Origin: Planctomycetota bacterium
Lineage (GTDB): Bacteria; Planctomycetota; UBA1135; UBA2386
DNA: 64,000 nt
Assembly (NCBI GenBank): GCA_965223545.1
Contig: OZ245006.1
Location: forward strand, 5,504,001 to 5,568,000
Direction: 5' to 3'
Of the stretch, positions 50,531 through 61,644 are shown in pieces (position 1 is the first letter of the stretch; each line of letters opens with the position of its first letter). Both the position numbers and the translations under genes were made by a program. The notes under the pieces are model-generated. The model was not told the origin of the DNA. It did no database searches and worked only from the letters and a program-made list of their open reading frames with translations.

Positions 50531-50685
50531 AGGTTTGCCTCTGAGTCGTTGAGGAGGTCGGACGACCCCGGGCGCAGGTGAGCGCCCGCCCCTAGAGACC
50601 GTGGCGGCGTGGGGCGACCGGAGGCAGAAACACGCGGTGGTGCGTGCTCATCGCGTGGCGCGTTGGTGCGCCCGCGATGCGTCGA

Positions 50686-52317
50686 TCACTGCAACCTGAA
50701 GATCGACGAGAACGTGTCGATCTGCTCCCACTTGTTGAACGACAAGCACTGCACTTCGTAATCGCCCGGCGCTAGCCCGGTCACTGGCAGATCCATGGAG
50801 AACAGGTCATCGGCTTGGGTCCGTTGGATCGGCCACCAAACGGTGACCCAAGACGACGTTGGGTTGATCGTGCGATATCGAACGAAGACGTCGTAAGGGT
50901 CAAAGAGCGGAACGATTCTGTTGCTCCATCCCGAGATCGTCAGGTGGACTCGCCCCGAGTTCGCGATCGCCCCTCTGTAGGGAACGTGGTAGAGGCTGAG
51001 ATGCAAGTGTTGGAAGGCCGGATTGGTGGTGGGGATCGGGCTGCCGATCATCGGTTGTGCAGCGCCGGCCTCGGGGTCTGGGAGACATAGCGCGGTGATC
51101 TCGTCGGTGGAACGAATGTTCATCTTCTCGACGATGTCGTCGCCAGACGGTGTTACCGGGATGGCGGTTCTCGGCATTGAGGGAGGGTTTGGTCCGGCTT
51201 GCGTCGCAACCTCAGGGGCGTGCATGAGGATCTGCGGGAAGCTCGAACCCTCGAGTGAAAAGGCGAACAGCTCATTGGAGAGGATCGTGCCCGGCCCAAC
51301 GGGCGTGTGCAGAGTGCTCCGGCCGACCGCCAGTGCGTCAATGTTGTACCCCGTTAGCGGTTGCTCATTGTAGGTCAGTTTGGAGGTTTGGAGGACGACC
51401 TCCAAGTTCTCCCATGTGCCTTGGCCCCAGGTCGCCTTGAACACGGTTCCACCATCAATCGGGTCCAATATCGGTGGTTTGGGTTGGAGAGCTCTCAAGA
51501 GAGCGTCTGCCAGGGTTTCGGACGAGCGGGTCTGTTGGAGGGCTGCAGTGGTCAGGGAGAAGTAGACCACCGACGTGGTCGGCATGATGGCTCCCGCCGG
51601 CAATCCGGCATTGTCGGCGATCTCTGGGATGAACAGATCCATCGCTACGATGTCGGGCAGGAACCCGGATGCCGAAGAGTAGCTCGGGTACGAGGCCGGC
51701 AAGAAGTCGCTGGTCCCGGTCTCGAGTAGGGTCTGATCGACCAGTTCCTCGGGCAAGTAGCTCTCTTCGACGTAATAGCTGATCACCTCTGCCCCGGCGC
51801 CCTGGGGGCGCGCGGCCATGTTGGCGACCCACGTGTTCGGCGCACCTTGTGATGTGCTCGAAATCGATGCCTGGAAGGCCGACCAGGCCCCCTGAGCGGG
51901 TGTGGCGCCCTGTTGGGGCTCGATGAAGAAGACGTACTCGTTACCGAGTTGGCCGCCGCGCGCGGGTGTTGTGGCGTTGCCCGAGGAGACGCCGTCGACT
52001 TCGATATCGAGCGGTTGCGACCATCCAATGGTCGTTGCGATCAGCGCTGCATACGTCGAGATGTTGAAGTCGGGATAGTCGACGCCGGCCGGTGGCGGGG
52101 GCAGTGGCGACAGGAGGTGGTTTTCGCCTGCCGCAGGGCTGTGGCCGGCGGGTTGCCGCCAGATTCTCGATCCACCGTTGGTCGGGTTGGCCGTGTCTTC
52201 CCGGAACACAAAGGCGTATGGAGTTGCCGCGAACGCTCCACGACCTGGTTCTTGGGAGGGAGCAGGGAAAGCGTGGACGCAGAGCGTGATACAAGCGAAA
52301 GAAGTGGTTCGGCGCAT
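50686..52317 (-). CDS. Exported hypothetical protein, lower GC
   Basis: Long ORF with signal-like MRRTTSFACITLCVHAFPAPS-Q, 10 nt downstream of the kinase. Confidence 0.75.
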   Translation of the reverse strand: MRRTTSFACITLCVHAFPAPSQEPGRGAFAATPYAFVFREDTANPTNGGSRIWRQPAGHSPAAGENHLLSPLPPPPAGVDYPDFNISTYAALIATTIGWSQPLDIEVDGVSSGNATTPARGGQLGNEYVFFIEPQQGATPAQGAWSAFQASISSTSQGAPNTWVANMAARPQGAGAEVISYYVEESYLPEELVDQTLLETGTSDFLPASYPSYSSASGFLPDIVAMDLFIPEIADNAGLPAGAIMPTTSVVYFSLTTAALQQTRSSETLADALLRALQPKPPILDPIDGGTVFKATWGQGTWENLEVVLQTSKLTYNEQPLTGYNIDALAVGRSTLHTPVGPGTILSNELFAFSLEGSSFPQILMHAPEVATQAGPNPPSMPRTAIPVTPSGDDIVEKMNIRSTDEITALCLPDPEAGAAQPMIGSPIPTTNPAFQHLHLSLYHVPYRGAIANSGRVHLTISGWSNRIVPLFDPYDVFVRYRTINPTSSWVTVWWPIQRTQADDLFSMDLPVTGLAPGDYEVQCLSFNKWEQIDTFSSIFRLQ

Positions 52318-52327
52318 TGGAGGTTGG

Positions 52328-54787
52328 TCAGGTCTTGGAATCGGGGGCAAGGGCATTGGCGATGGCACGCAGCAGCTGGATCAGCGCTTTGGCATCGCCA
52401 GGTTCGGGATCGGGCGGGATGAGCTGGGCAAGGACGCTCAGGCGCCACCAATGCAATGGCTGGGGTGTGGTTCCCTCGACCAGAGCGGGAAAACTGTTCT
52501 CGGCCTCTCCAGCCATGGTGAGGGCGACTAGGCGATTCCAGCCGGTCAGGCCGTCGGCGGCACGCGCGGCGAGGGCCTCGCGTTCGCGGCGGTGGTTCGT
52601 GGCGGCTGCTCGCAGAAGGAGGTTGAGGGAGGACAGATGCCTTCGCTGTCCTCCGCCTTGTGGGAACGGTGCTTGCTCGATCGCGGCTTCCGCAGCCTGG
52701 TAATCGCCGAGCTCGATGTGGGACTTGATCAGCTGCTCGTGTCCATTTCGCGTGGAGGGTTCCAGAGCGATCGCTTGCTCCGCCGCGGCCCGGGCGGGGA
52801 CAAACTCACGAGCCAGCAATCGCGCGCCTGCCACGTTGCTCCACAACTGGAAGTCGTAGTCCGCAAGTTTGGCGGCGGCGTCGAAACTCTCCGCGGCCTC
52901 GGTCCACCGGTTCTGGAGCTGCAGAGTGACGCCGCTCAAGTACAAGGCAAGTGCGGAGGGACCGCGAAGGGCATCCTCGAGTTGCACCGCGATGACATGG
53001 GCTGAGCGAGCACGGTCCAGAATCGTCTGTGCATCGCGACCGATCATCGACAACTCGATCTCGATCAAAAGGCGCAGCTCGGTGACACCGGGAAGGTCTT
53101 CGTCGACCCGCCGCAGCAACTCGACTGCCCGTTCACGGTCGCGATCAGGATGTCGGATGTGCATCAGCGCTAGGGCGAGTGCGCCGGCGCCCGTGTTCGG
53201 CTCCGACAGCGCGGTGAGATCGAGGGACGAGGGCTCGGCAGTCGCGTCTCCCACGGCGCACATCGTCGCCAGCGCGTCACACACGATGCTGCCCTCGGCC
53301 TCGGCGACCGCGGCGAAGTCCCGGGCTGCCTCCGCCCGATCGCCTTGGTCGAGCCAGAACATCGCGCGATACAGCCGCGCGGGATGGACGCGCGGCGCCC
53401 ACTCCACATAGTTGTCCAGCGCTGCGCGCATCGCGTCGACCGCTGCGGCCGGCGCGGGCACGCGCTGCCCCGGCAGCCCCTGGAGCAGCGTCGGGCCGAT
53501 GCGAGAGAAGCCGAGATCGAACGCTTTCTGCTGCCGCTCCTGGTGTCGGGCAGACGAGTACGAGCTGATCCCCAAGGCCGTTGCCAGCACGAGTGCCGTA
53601 ACCGCGAGCGTGCGCGCGACGACCGAGCGTCGTCCTCGCCGCCATGCACGCCGCACCGGGCCGATGGGGCGCGCCGTCACGGGGCGAAACTCGAGCCAAG
53701 CGGTGAGATCGTCGGCGAGCGCGGCGGCGGTCGGGTACCGATGTGCGGGGTCCCGCGCGAGGCCCTTGTCGAGAACGGCCAGCAGGTCCCGGGGCAGGCC
53801 GGGACGCAGGCGTTGCGCCGGCGTCGGATCGCGGCGCTGGAGTTGGGCCAGGACCTGGGACGGCGAGCCCTCGTAGGGGCGGCGAAAGGTCAGCAGGTGG
53901 TACAGCGTCGCGCACAAGCCGTAGACATCGGTCGCCGGCGTCGCGGGAGGCCGCGGGTCGAGCTGTTCGGGCGCCATGTAGCTCGGCGTGCCGATCGCTT
54001 GATCGCGGCGCAACAAGGTGACGTCGTCGCCGAGGGTGACGATGCCGAAGTCGATGAGCACCGCCTCGCCGTTCTGGCGCAAGTACACGTTGGATGGCTT
54101 GACGTCCCGGTGGATGATGCCGGCGCGGTGTGCGACGTCGAGACCGCCCGCGATCTGCGCGACCCAGCGGACGGCTTGCCGGACGTAGCTCGGCTCCAGG
54201 GCGGCGGATGCGCCGAGCTGTGCCGCCACCCAGCCAGTGTCGGATGGAGGCGCGGTCGCCGTCTCCGCGAGTTGGTCGGCTGCGCGGAGCAGATCCGCGG
54301 CGCTCAGGCCGTGCAACTGCTCCATCACGATGTAGGGGTTGCCGTCGGCGACGCCGCGGTCGATCACCGAGACGATCGCCGGGTGCTGGACCTTGGCCAG
54401 CACTTCGGCCTCTCGATCGAAGCGCGCGCGCAGCTCGGAGCCGTCGAACAGCTCCGGCCGCAGCAGCTTGATCGCGACGGAGCGCGGCAGCGCGGTGTCC
54501 GCCGCCGCGTAGACGATCCCCATGCCGCCGGCGCCGAGCCGTTCTTGCAGCTCGTAGCGGTTGTCGATCAGCGAGCCGAGGAGCGGATCGAACACCGTTG
54601 CGGCGCGGTGCAGGCCGGCGAGATCGTCGCGGCGCTCGAGCGCGGCCTCGACCCGCTGCACCAGATCCGGTCGGCCGTCACAGAGCGCGTCGAGGTCGAG
54701 CGTTTCGCCCTCCTCCAAGCGGGCCAGAGCGGCGGCCAACGCGGCGACGAAGTCCGGGTCCTCGGCGGGCGCGGTGGGGTCCGTCAT
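52328..54787 (-). CDS. Ser/Thr protein kinase with TM segment and TPR-like C-terminus
   Basis: LGAGGMGIVY, VAIK, HRDVKPSN, DFG, GTPSYMAPEQ, DVYGL. Confidence 0.95.
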   Translation of the reverse strand: MTDPTAPAEDPDFVAALAAALARLEEGETLDLDALCDGRPDLVQRVEAALERRDDLAGLHRAATVFDPLLGSLIDNRYELQERLGAGGMGIVYAAADTALPRSVAIKLLRPELFDGSELRARFDREAEVLAKVQHPAIVSVIDRGVADGNPYIVMEQLHGLSAADLLRAADQLAETATAPPSDTGWVAAQLGASAALEPSYVRQAVRWVAQIAGGLDVAHRAGIIHRDVKPSNVYLRQNGEAVLIDFGIVTLGDDVTLLRRDQAIGTPSYMAPEQLDPRPPATPATDVYGLCATLYHLLTFRRPYEGSPSQVLAQLQRRDPTPAQRLRPGLPRDLLAVLDKGLARDPAHRYPTAAALADDLTAWLEFRPVTARPIGPVRRAWRRGRRSVVARTLAVTALVLATALGISSYSSARHQERQQKAFDLGFSRIGPTLLQGLPGQRVPAPAAAVDAMRAALDNYVEWAPRVHPARLYRAMFWLDQGDRAEAARDFAAVAEAEGSIVCDALATMCAVGDATAEPSSLDLTALSEPNTGAGALALALMHIRHPDRDRERAVELLRRVDEDLPGVTELRLLIEIELSMIGRDAQTILDRARSAHVIAVQLEDALRGPSALALYLSGVTLQLQNRWTEAAESFDAAAKLADYDFQLWSNVAGARLLAREFVPARAAAEQAIALEPSTRNGHEQLIKSHIELGDYQAAEAAIEQAPFPQGGGQRRHLSSLNLLLRAAATNHRREREALAARAADGLTGWNRLVALTMAGEAENSFPALVEGTTPQPLHWWRLSVLAQLIPPDPEPGDAKALIQLLRAIANALAPDSKT

Positions 54788-55416
54788 CAGCGGGCGCGTC
54801 CGAGCCGCGCGAGCAGCTTCGCCTGGGCCGCGTGAAACGCCTTGCGCGCCGAGTCGGCCGACGCGTAGCCCAGAGTTGACGACAGCTCCTGAAACGGGGT
54901 GCCGTGCTCGATCCGGTCTCTGAGGAGGGCGCGGTCGCGCTCCGAGAACGAGGCCAGGGCCGCGTGGATGTTGCGCACCTCGTCGAGGGTCATCGCCTGC
55001 CCCGCGGGATCGTCGCCGGCGTCGGGATGGGCTTCGATTCTCCCACTGTTGCGCCCGACCCGGCGCGAGTCGCGGCGGGCGGCCTCGTGAAAGCGGATGG
55101 TGTCGATGATCCGGTTCCGCGTGAGCATGGCGAGGTAGGCCGTGAGCGCGCCGTCGCCCTCGACCCGCACTTGCTCCAAGTCGCGCAGCACGCGGATGAA
55201 CACCTCCTGCACGAGGTCGCTGGTGCTGAACAGAGCTTCCAGCCACGGTCGGGCACGCAGCTCGGCACCCAACGAGCGGTGCACCAAGCCGCGAACGCGC
55301 GGGTACAGCACGGTGCAAGCCTCCTGCAGCGCTTCCTCGGAACCGTTGCGAGCGGCCTCCAACAGGTCGGGGAGATCGGTCAAGGTGTGTGTCGTCGAGA
55401 GGGAATGGCGTTGCAA
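54787..55416 (-). CDS. ECF sigma factor, kinase-associated type
   Basis: [21 protein letters not shown], region 4 ALA.FSERDR..L..R. Stop overlaps the kinase start. TTG start uncertain (55416 or 55383). Confidence 0.88.
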   Translation of the reverse strand: MQRHSLSTTHTLTDLPDLLEAARNGSEEALQEACTVLYPRVRGLVHRSLGAELRARPWLEALFSTSDLVQEVFIRVLRDLEQVRVEGDGALTAYLAMLTRNRIIDTIRFHEAARRDSRRVGRNSGRIEAHPDAGDDPAGQAMTLDEVRNIHAALASFSERDRALLRDRIEHGTPFQELSSTLGYASADSARKAFHAAQAKLLARLGRAR

Positions 55417-55629
55417 GCTGCCGGGTCCTTCTTGATCCGTGGGATTGGATGGAGACCGGAGGTCGAATCTTGCCCTTTTTCCTCGGCGCGTCGATTCGGA
55501 CTCCCCCTGGCCAAGTCTCATGTTGATAGGCCGGCTCGGCGTTCCGGTCTCCAACGAAGTTGGCAAACGCGTTCGCCCCGTGCCGTTGACACCGGCTCGG
55601 GATTGGTCACTGCGGCGGGCGGTTCTCGG

Positions 55630-56916
55630 TCAGTAGTCGCGGCGTTGGAACCACCAGACTGCCAGGCCGAGCACGGCCGCAGCGAACAGTCCGGTACTGC
55701 TGAGCGAAAACACCCAGTCGACTTCCGGCATGCTCGTAGACACGCGCGCGCGCGCGGCGTCCGACCTGTGCGAGCGCGCGAGTCCCAGGGTCATGGCGTG
55801 ACCGAAGTCGCCCATCTTGGGCAGCACCCAGTAGGCGCTCTCGACGAGATTGCGCGCCCAGTCGGCGATCTCCACGGCCTTGGGCAGCGGGGCGCGCAGC
55901 AACTCGCGAATGTTGCCGACCGTCGTGGCGACGAACCACAGGGCAAGCGATGCCAGCGTCGCGACGGCGGTCGACCGCGTGACGACGCCGACCAATACCG
56001 TGACCGAGTACAACACGGCAAAGCTGGCCAACACGGCCGGAATGCCGAGCAAGATCCAGGGGTTGGCGTAGCCGGGCCCCAGCGCGAGGGCCAACCAGCA
56101 GCCGCCGATCGCGACCGTCGCGAGCCCGGCGACGAACCAGAGACCACCGACGTACTTGCCGAGCAGCAGCACCGGCCGGCTGATCGGCCGCGCCAGCGCG
56201 AGGTCCAGAGTGCCCTTGTGCAGCATGGAGGGCACGAAGCCGGCGCACGCCGAGATCGCGACCACCATGCCGATGAAGCCGACGAACGCGCCGATCAGAA
56301 CGCCGAGGAGCCCGATCATGAACTCTACGAGAGTCGTGTGCTTCACCGGCAGCTCGACGGCTCCGAACCCCGCGGTGACGATGAATCCACCGGCCACCTC
56401 GTCGGGATAGTCGGTGCGCACCGCGACCTGCCAGATCTTGTCGTCGACCTGCCGCGCGTCGACGTCCTCCCAGCCGTTCTGGGCGAAGCGTTCGATCAAG
56501 AACTGTCGGGCGGTGGGGGCTTCGGTGTTCGCGGGACCGCCGGCCCTCGGCCGGCCAAAGGCGGCCCAGGCAGCTGCCAGGCGGTCCGCGCTGGTTGCGG
56601 CGGGGAATTCGATGGTGACGACGCGGCCGCCGTCGAGCGCCGCGCCGAACTCGCCGGCATCGACGCGGCGCGCCTCGAGGACCTCGACCTTCGTGTCGTT
56701 GCCCTGAGAAACCCGGCTGTGGCCAGAACTCCAGCGGAACGTGGCGAGGTCGCGCGCCTGCGTCTCGAGCACGTCCTCCGCGTGCGCGCCCTCGAGCCGC
56801 AAGCTGGCGCAGAACACGATCGGCACCAGCGACAGTGCCAGCATCACCAGCAGCGACTTGCGGTCGACGGACTCGCGCAGCGAGTCGACGATGATGGCGC
56901 GCAGCTGGCGGATCAT
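55630..56916 (-). CDS. ABC-2 type transporter permease
   Basis: [19 protein letters not shown], multiple TM, C-terminal FQRRDY. Confidence 0.88.
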   Translation of the reverse strand: MIRQLRAIIVDSLRESVDRKSLLVMLALSLVPIVFCASLRLEGAHAEDVLETQARDLATFRWSSGHSRVSQGNDTKVEVLEARRVDAGEFGAALDGGRVVTIEFPAATSADRLAAAWAAFGRPRAGGPANTEAPTARQFLIERFAQNGWEDVDARQVDDKIWQVAVRTDYPDEVAGGFIVTAGFGAVELPVKHTTLVEFMIGLLGVLIGAFVGFIGMVVAISACAGFVPSMLHKGTLDLALARPISRPVLLLGKYVGGLWFVAGLATVAIGGCWLALALGPGYANPWILLGIPAVLASFAVLYSVTVLVGVVTRSTAVATLASLALWFVATTVGNIRELLRAPLPKAVEIADWARNLVESAYWVLPKMGDFGHAMTLGLARSHRSDAARARVSTSMPEVDWVFSLSSTGLFAAAVLGLAVWWFQRRDY

Positions 56917-57848
56917 CGCTTCGCCTCCGCGGCATCCCCGAGCGTGGCCAAGAAGACCTGCTCCAGCGTCATCCGCTTCGCGACCAAGTGGCGCACGCCG
57001 ACCCCCCGCTGCCGTAAGGCGTCGATCACCGCGTCGATCGCATCGGCGTCGGCCAGCGTCAGCTCGAGGCTGCCGTCCGCTGTGGCGCGCAGCTCGCGAC
57101 ACAGCGCGTCGATTGCAGCGCGCGCATCGGTCGACAGCGGAGCAGCGGTGCGCAGTTCCCAGGTATGTCCGGTGTGCGTGAGCTCGTCGATGGTGCCGGT
57201 CCGCACGACCTTGCCACGATCGAGGATCGCGACGCGGTCACACAGCGTCTCGACCTCGCTGAGCAGATGCGAGTTGAGAAAGATCGTGCGGCCCTCGCCC
57301 TTGAGCTGCGCGAGAAGGTCTCGGATCTCGGCGCGGCCAACGGGGTCGACGCCGTCGGTCGGCTCGTCGAGGAACAGGATCTGCGGGTCGTGCACCAGCG
57401 CCTGCGCCAGGCCCAAGCGCTGCTTCATGCCCTTGGAGAACGTGCGCACCTTCTTGGCCGTCGCGTCCGCCAGGTTGACCCGCTGCAGCAAGTCCACGGT
57501 GCGGCTCCGCAGCGTTCCTCCGCTGACCCCTGAGAGTGCGCCGTAGAACGCGAGCGCCGACGCCGCCGTCTGGTACTCCGGAAACCGGTGATCCTCCGGC
57601 AAGTAGCCGACGCCCCGACGCGCCTCCGTGCGCCGCGACGAAACGCCGTGCAGCAGTGTCTCACCGCGGGTCGGCCGCACGATGTCGAGCAGGATCTTGA
57701 CCAGGGTGGTCTTGCCGGCGCCGTTGGCTCCGAGCAGTCCGAAGATCTCGCCCGGCTCCACCGAGAGGCTGACATCGGCCAGCGCGTGGACGGCGGTCCG
57801 CCCGCGGCTGAACGTCTTGTGCACGTTGTCGACGCGGATCGCGGTCAT
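56913..57848 (-). CDS. ABC transporter ATP-binding protein
   Basis: [25 protein letters not shown]. Confidence 0.94.
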   Translation of the reverse strand: MTAIRVDNVHKTFSRGRTAVHALADVSLSVEPGEIFGLLGANGAGKTTLVKILLDIVRPTRGETLLHGVSSRRTEARRGVGYLPEDHRFPEYQTAASALAFYGALSGVSGGTLRSRTVDLLQRVNLADATAKKVRTFSKGMKQRLGLAQALVHDPQILFLDEPTDGVDPVGRAEIRDLLAQLKGEGRTIFLNSHLLSEVETLCDRVAILDRGKVVRTGTIDELTHTGHTWELRTAAPLSTDARAAIDALCRELRATADGSLELTLADADAIDAVIDALRQRGVGVRHLVAKRMTLEQVFLATLGDAAEAKR

Positions 57849-57906
57849 CGCAGCCAACGGTAGCCGAAGCGGGCCGCGAATCTGTCGGTGCGTCCGTCGC
57901 CTCGAC

Positions 57907-58353
57907 TCAGCCCGCCGCGATCTGCAGCATCTGCTCGAGCATGCGCAGGCCGTTGGTCCAGCCACCTTCGACGATGCTGCACATCTCTTCGCCCGGCAGG
58001 CCGCTGTGGGTGAGTGTGAGCTGGGTGCCGCCGTCGACCGCGGCCAGCTCGACGCGCACCGTGGCCGCCGGGAAGCCGCGGTCCGGCTGTGCGTCGGAGC
58101 GGTAGACGAGCAGGTGCGGTGGATCGACCTCGAGGAATTCACCGGTGGTGCTGACGCTCCATTCACCGGGTTTGGTCATCGTGGTGGCGTAGCGCGCGCC
58201 GGTCTCCGGCTGCCACTGCTCGAGCTCGAGGTCGACCCCGGGGTCGCACTTCATCCACTGCGAGGCGTGCGCCGGATCGGTCCAGGCGCGAAACACTGCC
58301 TCGACGGGTGCGCTGAAGGTGCGCGTGATGGTCACGGACTTCTGTTCGGTCAT
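57907..58353 (-). CDS. SRPBCC/AHSA1 domain protein
   Basis: ITRTFSAPVEAVFRAWTDP, GEFLEVDPP..LVY, T.LTLTH, GGW. Confidence 0.9.
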   Translation of the reverse strand: MTEQKSVTITRTFSAPVEAVFRAWTDPAHASQWMKCDPGVDLELEQWQPETGARYATTMTKPGEWSVSTTGEFLEVDPPHLLVYRSDAQPDRGFPAATVRVELAAVDGGTQLTLTHSGLPGEEMCSIVEGGWTNGLRMLEQMLQIAAG

Positions 58354-58703
58354 CGTTCGGTTTCTCTTCGCTGAGGGGGGTGTACGGAGTCGAGGAAGGC
58401 CGCGAGATCGTCGAGGCGGTTCTCCCAGAACTGCCGCACCTCGTCGACCCAGGCCTGCGCCGTCGACAGTGGTGCGGGGTCGATCTCGCAGTGGTGCACG
58501 CGCCCGTCGACCTGGCGCCGCAGCAGGCCGGCGCGCTCGAGCACCTTCACGTGCTTGGTCACCGCGGCCTTGCTGATCGAGAACGGCGCGCCCAAGTCGC
58601 CGACGGTCGAAGTGCCGCGGGCCAGCCGGGACACCATGGCGCGGCGCGTCGGGTCGGCGAGGGCGCCGAACACCGCATCCAACCGTGCCACATTGTTTAC
58701 CAT
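58350..58703 (-). CDS. ArsR/SmtB family transcriptional regulator
   Basis: FGALADPTRR, ISKAAVTKHVKVLERAGL, FWENRLD. Confidence 0.93.
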   Translation of the reverse strand: MVNNVARLDAVFGALADPTRRAMVSRLARGTSTVGDLGAPFSISKAAVTKHVKVLERAGLLRRQVDGRVHHCEIDPAPLSTAQAWVDEVRQFWENRLDDLAAFLDSVHPPQRRETER

Positions 58704-58715
58704 TTGGTTTACAAT
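58692..58715. promoter_or_regulatory. Putative ArsR autoregulatory operator overlapping the start codon
   Basis: AT-rich imperfect palindrome ATTGTTTACCATTTGGTTTACAAT. Confidence 0.65.
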
Positions 58716-58840
58716 AGGGGGAAGCGCGCCGCCTGCAACCCCCGCCGCCCGCCGCGCACTTTGGGTTGCGAGCCTGGCCGGGACCCCTACCGTCGCGCGC
58801 GTCGCACGCGGGCTGAAGCGTGTCCGACGCACTCTCGAGC

Positions 58841-60804
58841 ATGCCCACGCCACGATCCGGAATCCTCGGCGCCGCCGGCGCGCTCACCGCGGTGCTCGGT
58901 GGGTGGCTGGTCTACGGCGCGCTGACCATGACGCTGACCGACCCCGAACGGGCGCCGGAGCAGGCGTCGTGGCAGGTCCTGCGCGGCGCCTTGGGCGTGC
59001 TCGCGCTCGCCCTCGGTGCTGCGTGGTTGCCGGCGATCGGGCCTGCGGTACGGGCGCGCCTGGGCGCGGTGCTGACCGCCGGGGGACGGCTCGGCCCGGC
59101 CGACGGGGCGCGGATCGGCGCGGTTGCGGGCTTTGCGACCGGCGTCCTCGAGGTCGCGCAGATCGGCGTGCAGAAGTACGGCTACGGCGTTCGCGTCAGG
59201 CAGCCCGCCGACGTGCTGTGGATGGCTCCGCTCGGCGATGCCGCGGTGATGGCGATCGTCGGTGCCGTCGTCGGCGCGATCGGGTTGTGGTCGGCGGCTG
59301 TGCGTTTGCCACTCCTCGGCGGTGTGCTCGGCTGGTTGTCCGCTTGGAGTCTGCTCGTCACGCACGGGGCGTTGCACTTCGGCGCCCGCGCGCTGCTGAT
59401 GCTCGGCGCCGCCGTGGCCGGCGCCCGCGTGGCCGCCGCCTGCGATGTCGGGTTGCGCCGGGTCGCCCGGCGTTGCTGGCCGTGGCTGCTCGCGGGCACC
59501 GTTGTGGTCGCGGTCGGCATGGCCGCGCTGCGCTACGCCAGTGAGCGCAGGCAGATCGACGCGCTGCCGGCGGCGCCGGCCGGCGCGACCAACATCCTGC
59601 TCATCGTGCTCGACACGGTGCGCGCCGATCACCTGGGCACGCACGGCTACCATCGCGCGACGTCGCCGTTCTTCGACGAGATCGCGCAGAACGCGGTCGT
59701 GTTCGAGCGCGCGATCGCGACCTCGCCGTGGACCGTGCCGACGCACGTCTCGCTGCTGACGGGCTGCTATCCACACGAGACCAGCGCCAGCTTTGGCGAT
59801 GCACTCGACGGCGAGGTGCCGACGCTGGCCGAGCGGCTGGCGGCGCGCGGCTACGCCACCGGCGGCTTCGTCGGCAACCTGTTCTGCTGCGGGGCCGGCT
59901 GGGGCTTCGCGCGCGGCTTCCACACCTACGACGATTTTCCGGTCTCACTGGCGACGGTCGCGGTCACCGCCGGCGCGGTGCGCGCCGCCTCGACGGCGGC
60001 GATGGGCTCGCGCTTCACCAACTTGCTGCGCAACGACGCGCCGCACGTCATCGATCGCTTCTTGGCATGGCTGCCGCAGCGCGGCGAGCGGCCGTTCTTC
60101 GCCTTCCTCAACCTGTTCGACGCGCATGCGCTGTACCTGCCGCCGCCGGACTACGAGGGCCGGTTCGGCCGCACGTCGACTACCTGCACGACTGGTACCG
60201 GCGCGACGACTGGAGCGCAGCCGAAGTGCGCGGCTTCGTCGACGCGTACGACGCCTGCATCCGATTCATCGACGATGAGCTGCGGCGGTTGTTCAACGAG
60301 CTCGAGCGGCGCGGCCTCTTGGCCGACACCCTGGTGGTGATCACCGGCGATCACGGCGAGCAGTTCGGCGAGCACGGTTTGTTCGACCACGGCAACAGCC
60401 TCTACCAACCGCTGTTGCACGAGCCTCTCGTGTTCTCGTTTCCGGGTCGGCTAGCGGGCCGGCGCATCGCGCGGCGCGTGTCCTTGCGCGACGTGGCGCG
60501 CACCATGCTCGACCTCAGCGGCAACGCCGAGGTCGCGCTGCCCGGCGTCGCCCTGCTCGACGCGAATGGCGCCGACACCGGTCGGGGGTCCAACGTGCTG
60601 GCGCAGCTGTTGGGGTCGGGCTGCATCTACCGCGACCAGTGGCACTTCATCCTCAACAGCGACGGCCGCCGCGAGCTGTACGACCGCGACCTCGATCCCG
60701 ACGAGCTCGACGACCTCGCGGCCACCGAGCGGGGCGCGCCGGTCGCAGACCGGCTGCAGCGGCTGCTGATCGACACCATGCGCGGCGTCGCGCAACCGCG
60801 CTGA
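58841..60804 (+). CDS. Membrane-anchored sulfatase-like protein, paralog of 7023..9020, frameshifted at ~60169
   Basis: NILLIVLDTVRADHL, PWTVPTHVSLLTG, FLNLFDAH, then TGDHGEQFGEH in the next frame. One added C restores the frame. Confidence 0.82.
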
Positions 60805-60819
60805 GGCGCGACGGCGAGG

Positions 60820-61440
60820 TCAGAAGCTGAGGCCGATGCCGAGCGTGTACAGGAACTGTCCGTTGTCGAAGGTGTTGCCGATGCGCTTGTCGGAGTCGAA
60901 GAAGAACTGGTACTCCGCCATCAGCTGGAAGAACGCGTCGTCCTTGACGTACCACTTGACCCCCGCCTCGGGTGCGCCGGCAAACGTCTCCTTGATGCTG
61001 TCGCCGTAGATGTAGCCGAGGTTGGCACCGACGAACGGGACCACCGCGCTGTCGTTGAAGAAGTGGTAGTCGACCGCCACCCGGGTCGAGCCGTTCCACA
61101 CGTCCGGGAAGCCGCTGCCGGCGTCCGAGAATTGGATGTTCTGACGGCCGACGACCTGCAGCTCGTCGGAGACGAACAGGCCGGCGCTGCCGACCAGCTG
61201 CGCGAGGCCCGCGTCGAAGTCCTCGTCGTTGCCGCCAGCGGCGTTGAGGGTGACCTCCCACGTGCCTTCGCGACGAGTGGTGTTGGCCGACTGCTGCGGA
61301 GCCGGCGCCGCGTCCGCGGTGTAGGGGGTCGGGGTACCGATGGGCGCAGATGGGGCGACGATCGGGCGATGGGTCTGGCAGGCACCGGCAATCAGTGGCA
61401 GCGCCACCATGCCGACCAGGTGAGTTGAGAGCCGTGGCAT
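60820..61440 (-). CDS. Small outer-membrane beta-barrel protein with lipoprotein-like signal
   Basis: LIAGAC, alternating amphipathic strands (VPFVGANLGYIY, EAGVKWYV), C-terminal YTLGIGLSF beta-signal. Confidence 0.8.
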   Translation of the reverse strand: MPRLSTHLVGMVALPLIAGACQTHRPIVAPSAPIGTPTPYTADAAPAPQQSANTTRREGTWEVTLNAAGGNDEDFDAGLAQLVGSAGLFVSDELQVVGRQNIQFSDAGSGFPDVWNGSTRVAVDYHFFNDSAVVPFVGANLGYIYGDSIKETFAGAPEAGVKWYVKDDAFFQLMAEYQFFFDSDKRIGNTFDNGQFLYTLGIGLSF

Positions 61441-61644
61441 TGGATCGATTGGGTTACGGGTTTCGAGGGAGCCGCGATCGCCCCAAGGTAGGTGGCTGCC
61501 TGGGGCCGAGGCCGTCGGCAAGAGTCCCGAGATCGAGCGGTCAATACCCACCACGGACGGGGCGGTTCGGGGACATTGACCGGGCCTGCGCCGCGCGCTT
61601 GCCGCTACCGTGGCGACCGCGAACGGGTGCCCTGCCCGTGCCCG

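Noticed and set aside
58381..58400. GTACGGAGTCGAGG as another REP-like copy
   Set aside because: Inside the ArsR coding sequence and lacks the GGCTC palindromic arm.
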